From Pseudomonadota bacterium (lineage in GTDB: Bacteria; Bdellovibrionota; Bdellovibrionia; Bdellovibrionales; SG-bin7), in NCBI GenBank assembly GCA_034439715.1, contig JAWXAY010000035.1, positions 1-62,943 of the forward strand: DNA of 62,943 nucleotides. Direction: 5' to 3'. The notes beneath the pieces were generated by a model. It ran no database searches, was not told where the DNA came from, and saw only the letters and a program-made list of their open reading frames with translations. A program made the translations under genes and the position numbers. Within the stretch, counting starts at the first letter, position 1. Each line of letters begins with the position of its first letter. Shown one piece after another: positions 19,901 to 27,953 of the stretch.

Positions 19901-21205
19901 TTAAGTTTCTAAATTGATTTCTTCGATCTTTGCTCTCGCTCTTCCTTTAGCGAAACGAATGTCAATAATGCTTCCCTTAATCAATTTTGTAGCCTCTGTA
20001 ATCACCTGTTCTCCGGCCTTTACTATTGAATAGCCTCGCTCCACTACACGGAGTGGACTCAGGCCATCTAAAAGCGAAGAAAGTCGAGTCCATGTCCTAA
20101 ACTTATTCTGCAGGAGTGTTTCTGTTTTCGACTTAAGCTGAGAAGACAAGTGCCTTATATTATGTGAGCGCTCACTAAGACTATTATTCGTGGCCGCCTC
20201 AAGTCTACCGACAAAATCATCTATTCGAATCGCTACATCTTGTAAATACCGTTTTGGATCTATTAATCTTTTAGAAAGCGACTCTATGATCTGCATTTTC
20301 ATTTGCAAAAACTTTCGAAACTGACTGGCCAGAGTTTTATCTATTTGAACTATTTTGTGAGTCAGGTCAGCGGCGTTTTTTATTACTAGTTCGGCCGCCG
20401 CTGAGGGCGTAGGCGCCCTTAAGTCCGCCACAAAATCACTAATCGTAAAGTCAATTTCGTGTCCCACTCCTGATATAACTGGAACCCGACAAGCGGCAAT
20501 CGCGCGGGCCACGATTTCTTCATTAAAAGACCAGAGATCTTCTATTGAGCCACCGCCACGAGCGACAATTAATACATCCAGATCTTTTAAGCGCTGAGCT
20601 TTTTCAATAGCTGCGACGATTTCACTGGCGGCATCGGTGCCTTGAACTTTTGTTGGAACAACTGTGATGTGAAGGCCCTTAAATCTTCGCGATAGCACAT
20701 TCAACATATCCCGCACCGCTGCTCCTGTTGGCGATGTTACAATGGCTATATGCTTCGGCAAATACGGGAGCGGTCTTTTTCGCTCGGGAGCAAACAATCC
20801 CTCGGCCTGGAGTTTTGCTTTTAACTGTTCAAAGGCTATCTGCAAAGCTCCGGCGCCGACAGGTTCCATCCACTCGCAAAAAACTTGGTAATTACCGCGT
20901 GGCTCATAAACTGTGATTTTGCCCCGAACGATGACTTCCATTCCATCTTGCGGCCGAAATTTTAGCTTTTGATTAATGCTTTTAAACATAACTGCAGAAA
21001 TTTGAGCTTTTTCATCTTTCAAACTGAAATAATAGTGGCCCGATGTGTGGGCCTTAAAGTTTGAAATTTCACCTTTAAGCCAAACTTCAGAAAGACGCCC
21101 CTCAAGCAGGCCTTTAATAATAGAATTCAGCTCGCTAACAGAAAAAATTTTTACTTCTTGTTCGGCGAGTTCACTTTCAGCTTCGAATGTCATTTGATTC
21201 GACAT
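19901..21205 (-). CDS. xseA: Exodeoxyribonuclease VII large subunit
   Basis: GEISN...SGH.YF.LKD, RGGGS.EDLW.FN.E, GHEID, APTPSAAAE. Upstream TTGACG-N17-TATTTT. Confidence 0.97.
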   Translation of the reverse strand: MSNQMTFEAESELAEQEVKIFSVSELNSIIKGLLEGRLSEVWLKGEISNFKAHTSGHYYFSLKDEKAQISAVMFKSINQKLKFRPQDGMEVIVRGKITVYEPRGNYQVFCEWMEPVGAGALQIAFEQLKAKLQAEGLFAPERKRPLPYLPKHIAIVTSPTGAAVRDMLNVLSRRFKGLHITVVPTKVQGTDAASEIVAAIEKAQRLKDLDVLIVARGGGSIEDLWSFNEEIVARAIAACRVPVISGVGHEIDFTISDFVADLRAPTPSAAAELVIKNAADLTHKIVQIDKTLASQFRKFLQMKMQIIESLSKRLIDPKRYLQDVAIRIDDFVGRLEAATNNSLSERSHNIRHLSSQLKSKTETLLQNKFRTWTRLSSLLDGLSPLRVVERGYSIVKAGEQVITEATKLIKGSIIDIRFAKGRARAKIEEINLET

Positions 21206-21245
21206 AAGCTAAACAAAATAGTGGGCTAAGAGGAGCCCGTCAACC

Positions 21246-21455
21246 TCATAATAGGTGCTGAATTGACCAAAATCCGCCGACTACTAAACAGACCCACCCC
21301 AACCACGCTCGACTGAGAAACTGTTCTAAATAGCTTTTTGGTAAATTTTTTTCGGCAACTTCGACGAGGGCCGGACTATAAAGAACAAGGAGAATGAATA
21401 TACCATACAGACATACAAAAAAGGGGAAATAATAGTCCAAGTCCTGAGGCAGCAT
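21246..21455 (-). CDS. Small two-TM membrane protein
   Basis: 69 aa with two hydrophobic helices and its own sigma28-type promoter. Confidence 0.7.
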   Translation of the reverse strand: MLPQDLDYYFPFFVCLYGIFILLVLYSPALVEVAEKNLPKSYLEQFLSRAWLGWVCLVVGGFWSIQHLL

Positions 21456-21461
21456 CCCTAC

Positions 21462-21488
21462 TTCTCGGCATAATGTCTCAATAGTTTA
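21462..21488 (-). promoter_or_regulatory. sigma28-type promoter (near-leaderless)
   Basis: TAAA-N15-GCCGAGAA, 6 nt before the ATG at 21455. Confidence 0.65.
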
Positions 21489-21594
21489 CAGTCGAAAAGG
21501 AGGGTTTTTTTAGAGTGAAGCCACTTTTTTCTTTACAAAAAATTTTTTTTTGAGCGTCTTGTTTTAAGATCCCGTTTGATGATATTCTACGTTT

Positions 21595-21764
21595 AGGTTT
21601 GACGATGGAGGACTCATGAAAAATAAACTCGACAAGCATATATTAGGGGGCTGTCCCTGACGATGGTGAGCAAGCTCAGCCTGGACTGAGAAGCCTAAAG
21701 TTGTTAAATGGCCACCCACTTTAGCAAAACCGAGTTTATGTTCATTGAGGTCCTCTACAAACCT
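21595..21764 (+). ncRNA. ssrS: 6S RNA
   Basis: Long closing stem (AGGTTTG/CAAACCT; GAGGACTCATGAAAAATAAACTCG/CGAGTTTATGTTCATTGAGGTCCTC) and a central bubble. Apical TGGTGAGCAAGCTCAGCCTGGACTGAGAAGCCTAAA closely resembles the E. coli 6S apical region as recalled. Extended -10 TGATATTCT and an A/T UP tract lie upstream. Confidence 0.85.
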
Positions 21765-21917
21765 GTTTTTAAATAATTTGATCCTTCACCATTAGTATTA
21801 AAAACCTCCTAAATCCTTGAATAGCCTTATTAAACAACATCTATGCATTGTGCGTTAAGGGAGCGTTCGCCCTTCGGACCAAAAATTTGCCAAGGCTCGC
21901 AAATTTCAGGTAGACCT

Positions 21918-21933
21918 CGGCCTAGAGTTTGCT
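21918..21933 (+). promoter_or_regulatory. sigma54-type promoter
   Basis: cGG-cctagagttt-GCt (GG-N10-GC with TTGCT) upstream of 21970. Confidence 0.55.
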
Positions 21934-21969
21934 CAAGCCCCAATCTTACAATCCAAAGGGGGCTATTTT

Positions 21970-22338
21970 ATGAACGCTGAAACTATTATTCAAAATCTAG
22001 AGAAAAACCTAAGATTACATTTTACCGTTACGGGCGATTTTCGAGCCGTATTCTATTATTCGAAACATCAAAAAAATATAGTTACCTTTGATCTTATCGA
22101 TGAAAATCAAAAGCTTCTCGATAGCAACAATATTGTCGCCATCGTTGGGTCATCGCGAGAAATATGTTGGTACCACGGCAAAAACTTTTGGAAGCTTTTA
22201 AATCTCTACGCGACAATAAGAGGTTATTCACTTGATGATATGAATGAGCACGAGATGGGTAGCCTTGTCGCTGATTGCCTCAATTATTATTACCGCCTGT
22301 ATGCTACGATGCCGCCAAGTTTGTATTGCGTTCACTGA
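21970..22338 (+). CDS. Hypothetical protein (paralog 1)
   Basis: 122-aa ORF, SD GGGGG, similar to the next ORF. Confidence 0.75.
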   Translation: MNAETIIQNLEKNLRLHFTVTGDFRAVFYYSKHQKNIVTFDLIDENQKLLDSNNIVAIVGSSREICWYHGKNFWKLLNLYATIRGYSLDDMNEHEMGSLVADCLNYYYRLYATMPPSLYCVH

Positions 22339-22340
22339 GT

Positions 22341-22703
22341 ATGAATGCGGGGATGGTGATAAAGCAGCTTGAAGACGTTATTCGGAAAAGGCATCGAATA
22401 AAAGGTGGCTTTAAAGTCAATTTTGTTTACGAAAATTATTGTATTCTATTTTCGATAATTGATAAAAACAAGAAAAGAATCACAGCGGTACCTGAAAAGC
22501 TTTGCCAGGTGGACGACGAGCGACGAATTATTCTGCACCTTCCGTTAAATATTCATTTTCTTTTTAAACAACATGTCCAACAAAATAATTTAACGCTAGA
22601 AAGTCAATCCCGAGAGGACATCGGACAAATGCTATTAAATAGCATAAATTATTTCTATCGAAGACACGCTAAGATACCAACCGTATTGTACGGCGTCGAT
22701 TAG
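22341..22703 (+). CDS. Hypothetical protein (paralog 2)
   Basis: ATG at 22341, 2 nt after the upstream stop. MNAGMVIKQLE...INYFYRRHAKIPTVLYGVD aligns with paralog 1. Confidence 0.75.
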   Translation: MNAGMVIKQLEDVIRKRHRIKGGFKVNFVYENYCILFSIIDKNKKRITAVPEKLCQVDDERRIILHLPLNIHFLFKQHVQQNNLTLESQSREDIGQMLLNSINYFYRRHAKIPTVLYGVD

Positions 22704-23136
22704 CAACATTATCAAAAAACTCCTGGAGCTGCCGGAGCTCCTCTTCGGCTGATCCAATGGGCTCTACCCTATCGTCAAAGTAACTTTGCGTGTAGTCATC
22801 GCCATTTTTGAAACGATGACTGAACGTAATAATATTGGTTCTTAAGCCCACATGAAGGCCTAACCTTCCTTTTGTAGTTACGATAAGGTACTCCGGCAAA
22901 TTACGAGTTACGTCTATATGGTGATCAACCTCCGCATTATTTTTAAAGACATTTTTGCTGATAATTTTTATTGTTGGCTGTGAAACAAGTGGCATCACAA
23001 AATATTTTTTTTCGAATAGGTCCGGGCGGCGCTTTACCAGGTTCACAAAAAAAGGATGTGCTCTGTCAGGGCTGATGTTACTGGCGTTAATAAGTTCGAT
23101 CAAAGTCGAGGTCTGGGGCATTGGGGGAATCCTCAC
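22669..23136 (-). CDS. Hypothetical protein
   Basis: 155-aa ORF preceded by a sigma28-like promoter. Confidence 0.65.
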   Translation of the reverse strand: MRIPPMPQTSTLIELINASNISPDRAHPFFVNLVKRRPDLFEKKYFVMPLVSQPTIKIISKNVFKNNAEVDHHIDVTRNLPEYLIVTTKGRLGLHVGLRTNIITFSHRFKNGDDYTQSYFDDRVEPIGSAEEELRQLQEFFDNVANRRRTIRLVS

Positions 23137-23147
23137 AATTTAGAAGT

Positions 23148-23175
23148 GTTTCGACGAGTGGCTTGAATTTCTTAA
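23148..23175 (-). promoter_or_regulatory. sigma28-like promoter
   Basis: TTAAG-N15-GTCGAAAC. Confidence 0.45.
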
Positions 23176-23246
23176 ATTATGCTGTGGGTGAATGTGTCTC
23201 ATATTGAGACTTGAACAATTGAGGGCTCTCTGGAAAAATAGGGTTT

Positions 23247-23262
23247 TGGCACTCATATTGCT
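23247..23262 (+). promoter_or_regulatory. sigma54 promoter
   Basis: TGGCAC-tcata-TTGCT, exact -24/-12 consensus. Confidence 0.8.
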
Positions 23263-23306
23263 GCATATACAGTAAGTTAGTGTTAGGTCTCACCTGGGGG
23301 TTTTTA

Positions 23307-24956
23307 ATGTCTAAGTATTTGTCGGTTGTTAGTTTTTTGCGACTCTCAGGAGTTGTCTTGGCATCATTGGTTTTTATGGAAATTGGAATTGCGACTGAGG
23401 GATCTGATATCCGCAGCGGCTTTCAGCCAGATTGTAAAGCCTCCGATATAATTGTAGAGGAACATAAGAACACATGTAAAAATACTTATAACGCTGCAAC
23501 AACAGCTGATGAAAAAAACAAAAACGGAGGTGCTGCAGGTATAGCAGCCAGAGGCAAAAATAGGGAAGAATCCCTAAAGTTTTGCTTGGGTGATAGTCGA
23601 TATCAGCCGGGGGTTAGCGCGCAGTGTGCAGGGCTAAAAGGGTCTCAGTGTCAAGATCGTCAAGAAAAACTAGTAGAAGAAATGAAAGGACTTAAGGATG
23701 ATTGCCAAAAGTCGGGAGGAGGCCCCTTGGGATCTTGCCTTGGGTATGGACTTGCTTGTGAAGAAGATGGGAAGAGGCTCGGCAATAAAACAACGGTAGA
23801 ATTTGAGGAAGAAAATGCCAACGACTGGCGAGTCCAAACAGACCCCGAAGCATTAATGGCTAGCGGAAATGGCAGTTGCCCCGGTTATGCGATGGGTAAC
23901 CTTAAGGACTGGCAGGAGCAAATAAAAGATGGCACAAGACGCATGGTTGAGCTTAAAAGAGACGCCGCCGTTGAACAAAAAAAATTAATGGAAAATATGA
24001 CTTCGCTGCAACAAGAAATGCAGAAAATAGACGAAGATGTACAAAGACTGTCTGATCAAGAAAAAAATATGCTTGAAGAATTACCTGAGGTAATGAAAAA
24101 CATCGATTCACAAACCGAAGCGCAAATTCAAGACATGTCGATCAAGATTAAACAAGAGCAAGATAAGATTTTGCAGATTAATGATAAATTGAGAAGGGCC
24201 ACCGTTGAATATAGCAGGGCTATTGCGCAGTTAAATGCCGCCTGTGAAGCCGAGGGTAGAAGCCAATATAAAACTGAAGTATTTGATCGATTTAGAAACC
24301 GACCCAATGCTGGCGGCTCTATTAATCAACTCGCCAATGTAGGCAAGAAAATGGATTCTATTCAAAAGGAAATGATCACTACCGCCTGCTCACAACAAAA
24401 AACCACTTCGGCAAAGGCCATTGCCGCCCAATCATTGGCCGCTGATCAATTATCACTTAGCGAAGCTGCTGCTCAGGTAAAGGAACTGATTTCATCGAGC
24501 GCCCAAAATCTAGATGCCATTTTTAAAATGGGACAAAACCAAAAATCGATGGCGCTTAAAAAAATAGAGTCAAAATCTCGTGATATCAATACTCAGAAAC
24601 AGGTATTAATTACGAAAAAACAGCAGCTATTAGTTCAGGCTTCACAGCGAACAATTTCTGACGGACAACAGCTCAACATTACCCAAGAAGAATTACAGCG
24701 TGAAGCCCTTAGAACTCACAATGCCACGACATTGGCAGGGCTTGCTAGGAAAAAGGGAATCAATAGAGACAACGATAAGTTCTCAAGTAATGAAGTTTAT
24801 GGGTTAGTCCAACAATTTGAGGGCCTAGTAGCGAGCTGTGAATTTATTAGAGGCAAATGTTCTAGTGAACTTAGTGGAGAAGTCAAAACGTGCGCCGATG
24901 GTTTTCCGGATTCAACGGGTGCTCCGCGAGTGGGTTCAAATAAGAAAAGCCGCTAA
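23307..24956 (+). CDS. Exported Cys-rich coiled-coil protein of unknown function
   Basis: N-terminal hydrophobic segment, Cys-rich N-domain, long heptad-rich helices. ATG 23307 follows GGGGG. Confidence 0.8.
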   Translation: MSKYLSVVSFLRLSGVVLASLVFMEIGIATEGSDIRSGFQPDCKASDIIVEEHKNTCKNTYNAATTADEKNKNGGAAGIAARGKNREESLKFCLGDSRYQPGVSAQCAGLKGSQCQDRQEKLVEEMKGLKDDCQKSGGGPLGSCLGYGLACEEDGKRLGNKTTVEFEEENANDWRVQTDPEALMASGNGSCPGYAMGNLKDWQEQIKDGTRRMVELKRDAAVEQKKLMENMTSLQQEMQKIDEDVQRLSDQEKNMLEELPEVMKNIDSQTEAQIQDMSIKIKQEQDKILQINDKLRRATVEYSRAIAQLNAACEAEGRSQYKTEVFDRFRNRPNAGGSINQLANVGKKMDSIQKEMITTACSQQKTTSAKAIAAQSLAADQLSLSEAAAQVKELISSSAQNLDAIFKMGQNQKSMALKKIESKSRDINTQKQVLITKKQQLLVQASQRTISDGQQLNITQEELQREALRTHNATTLAGLARKKGINRDNDKFSSNEVYGLVQQFEGLVASCEFIRGKCSSELSGEVKTCADGFPDSTGAPRVGSNKKSR

Positions 24957-25085
24957 TCACATCCGCCTCCCTCCGCGTCAACCTAGACCCTAAAAACCAG
25001 CAAAGCATAGGCGCGGCTTGCCCGCACGGGCAGCCCACTATAAATTAGATAGGTTTGAAGCAACTTCTCTAGTTTGGTGGGATAC

Positions 25086-27953
25086 ATGCGCGAGAAATAT
25101 TATCAACTTCGAGAGTACATACGTCTGCCATTTCGCCTGACAAAAAAAATGGTGGCACTGTTAATTGGAGGATTATTTGCCCTTATCGCCATCGGCGCAG
25201 TTTCACTGATTGGTATTTCAAGCAACCTACCTAAATTAATTACCGTGGCCGACTATGAGCCGCTACTTGTGACAGAAGTCTACGCTCGCGACGGAGAACA
25301 GATTGGCGAATTTTTTAGAGAGCGGCGCATATTAACTCAGTACGAAAATTTTCCGCCCCAACTTATTAACGCCTTCATCGCCGCCGAAGACTCAAAGTTT
25401 CTTGAACATAAAGGAATTAATTTTTTCGCAATATTTCGTGCTTTTTTAGCAAACCTCAAAGCCGGCCGTAAAGTACAGGGAGCGTCGACCATCACGCAAC
25501 AAGTGGCACGCTCGTTATTATTGTCGCCAGAGAAAACCTACATTCGAAAAATTCGCGAACTTATGCTCGCCTCGCGAATGGAAGAAAATCTTTCTAAAAA
25601 AGATATCATGTACCTGTATCTCAATCAGATATACTTGGGCCACAGCGCCCATGGTGTGGCCATGGCCTCACAAATTTATTTTCGCAAACCCGTAATTGAA
25701 TTAACTCTAGCCGAAATGGCAATACTCGCTGGCCTACCACAAGCCCCCAGCCGTTACTCCCCCGTATTTCACCCCGATTTGGCGAAACGACGACAGTTGT
25801 ATGTACTAGAGCGAATGACCGAGGATGGCTACATTGACGAAGAGACTCACAAAAAAACAGCCGAGGAACCTGTTACAGTTTACCTAAGAGAAGATTATCA
25901 AAAGACGGCACCCTATTACATTGAAACCGTTCGGCAAATTTTAGTAGGCGAACTTGGTGAAAATACAGTTCTCGATAAGGGACTCAAGGTTTACACGGGA
26001 CTTGATTATAAAAAACAATTGGCCGCCCAAGAAGCCATGAAGCTGGGCCTAAGAGAACTCGATAAGCGCCAGGGCTTTCGGGGGCCACTTAATAAATTAA
26101 CCACTCCTGAGCAGATCGCCATTTTTTTAAAAGAGACGCGTGAAAAATTAGTTTTTGATAGCTCACCTGTGAGAGTTGTTTTGCCCGACGGCAGCGTACC
26201 CCAGCTACCAGAAATGAGTTTTGATTTAGAGACCAATGAGGCGGGTGAGAAAATCGCCAAACTCCCAAGCTATATGCCCATTGGCACAACCGCCCCAGGC
26301 GTTGTCACGAAGATCGACGACAAGTGGGGCCTTGTCACCGTTAGTATCGCAGAAACACAGGGATTCATCGACCTTGACACCATGAAGTGGGCCAGAAAAC
26401 CAAACCCTGAAGTAAAAAGTGAGCACGACGAATTAAAAAAGCCTTCTGCTGCACTCGCCGTGGGTGATGTGATTGAGGTAAAGATTGTAGACAAACGCTT
26501 TAATTCGCAACGACTTAAAGAAAAGATTGATGAACTAAAAGTCGCGCATAATCAAAAAACCAAGAAACAAAACCCCAAACCCGTATTTGAGTTGCCTGTC
26601 GATTTACCTAAATTTCAGGAATATATAGAAGTAGAACTCGAACAAGAGCCAGAGGCCGAAGGCTCGCTGATTTCGTTTGGCCAAGGTTCAGCGGACATTG
26701 TTGCCATGGTCGGAGGACAAAATTATGCCAAGTCCCAATTTAATAGGGCCATTCAAGCGTTAAGACAAACTGGTTCAGCATTTAAAGCGATTGTTTATGC
26801 TGCAGCCTTAGACGGTGGATTTAGTCCTGTCTCAAAAATTATTGATGCTCCTGTAGTCTATGAGGAACACAAAATTATTGATGAGGGCCAGCAAAGCGAA
26901 GAGGTTGTTACCAAGCGTTGGAAACCAGAAAATCATTCAAAAAGTTTTGGCGGCGACATTTTATTTCGAAACGCATTGATTCAATCGAAAAATGTACCGA
27001 CCGTTAAAATCGTGCAGGATCTCGGTGTTAACTGGGTGGCCAGCTATGCCCGCAAACTAGGTATGTTTAGCCCACTCAACATGGATTTTACTTTAGGGCT
27101 TGGCTCAAGCGCCGTGACTTTGTATGAGCTTACCAAAGTATTCTCAACGTTTGGTCGAATGGGTACGCGAATCCGACCAGTGGTTATTCATAAAGTTATG
27201 GACCGACAGGGCACTGAGATTATGGGTGTTCGCACACTTGACGATCGGTTCAAGGAGCAAATAGAGCCCATTGAAACCGAACTCGAAAAAAGACGACAAA
27301 CATTTTTAACTGGCGAAGAAGCTAAATTAAAAGAACTTGCCAATAGCACAATTGCCGAAAAAAACATTGCCGAAGGCACCGGAGAAAATCAAAATAAAGA
27401 GGTTCCACCAAACACGGGACAAAAAACAAGGGATAAAATTCCAAAAATTTATTTTAAGGATCCCGATCAATTGATTAATTCATCGACTGCCTTTTTAATT
27501 ACAAACTTGCTGGAGGGTACGATTACCGACCGCCTTGGTACGGGTTCAGCCGCTCGCTCAATTGGTCGACCAGCCGCCGGAAAAACTGGAACAACCAATG
27601 GATACTACGACGCTTGGTTTGTTGGATATACGCCCCAAATTGTTACCGGCGTTTGGGTGGGTTACGATACTGAGAAAACTTTAGGTCGGGGAGAAGTTGG
27701 TGGACGCGCCGCCCTTCCGATTTGGCTGGATTACATGAAACAGGCTCACATTGGATTGCCTGAAACTTCTTTTCCGGTTCCTCCAGAAATTGTTTTTGCT
27801 AACATCGACAATGCGACCGGCAATCTTGCGGGGTCCAATTCGAAAGAAGTTGTTAAGCAGGCTTTTCTCCAGGGCACAGAGCCTAAGTCTCTCGAGGGTA
27901 GTGATAACGACGAACAGGACAGTCGTTTTTTTAAACAGGACATGTCTGAATGA
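25086..27953 (+). CDS. mrcA: Penicillin-binding protein 1A
   Basis: Transglycosylase EDSKF.EH.G and GASTITQQ; transpeptidase GSAFK, SKN, KTGT; OB insert. Upstream TTGCCC-N17-TAAATT (25018-25046). Confidence 0.95.
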   Translation: MREKYYQLREYIRLPFRLTKKMVALLIGGLFALIAIGAVSLIGISSNLPKLITVADYEPLLVTEVYARDGEQIGEFFRERRILTQYENFPPQLINAFIAAEDSKFLEHKGINFFAIFRAFLANLKAGRKVQGASTITQQVARSLLLSPEKTYIRKIRELMLASRMEENLSKKDIMYLYLNQIYLGHSAHGVAMASQIYFRKPVIELTLAEMAILAGLPQAPSRYSPVFHPDLAKRRQLYVLERMTEDGYIDEETHKKTAEEPVTVYLREDYQKTAPYYIETVRQILVGELGENTVLDKGLKVYTGLDYKKQLAAQEAMKLGLRELDKRQGFRGPLNKLTTPEQIAIFLKETREKLVFDSSPVRVVLPDGSVPQLPEMSFDLETNEAGEKIAKLPSYMPIGTTAPGVVTKIDDKWGLVTVSIAETQGFIDLDTMKWARKPNPEVKSEHDELKKPSAALAVGDVIEVKIVDKRFNSQRLKEKIDELKVAHNQKTKKQNPKPVFELPVDLPKFQEYIEVELEQEPEAEGSLISFGQGSADIVAMVGGQNYAKSQFNRAIQALRQTGSAFKAIVYAAALDGGFSPVSKIIDAPVVYEEHKIIDEGQQSEEVVTKRWKPENHSKSFGGDILFRNALIQSKNVPTVKIVQDLGVNWVASYARKLGMFSPLNMDFTLGLGSSAVTLYELTKVFSTFGRMGTRIRPVVIHKVMDRQGTEIMGVRTLDDRFKEQIEPIETELEKRRQTFLTGEEAKLKELANSTIAEKNIAEGTGENQNKEVPPNTGQKTRDKIPKIYFKDPDQLINSSTAFLITNLLEGTITDRLGTGSAARSIGRPAAGKTGTTNGYYDAWFVGYTPQIVTGVWVGYDTEKTLGRGEVGGRAALPIWLDYMKQAHIGLPETSFPVPPEIVFANIDNATGNLAGSNSKEVVKQAFLQGTEPKSLEGSDNDEQDSRFFKQDMSE

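Noticed and set aside
21607..21660. GGAGG-led 14-codon ORF (MKNKLDKHILGGCP)
   Set aside because: It lies inside the 6S RNA closing stem, so the SD and ATG are base-paired. Better explained by RNA structure.
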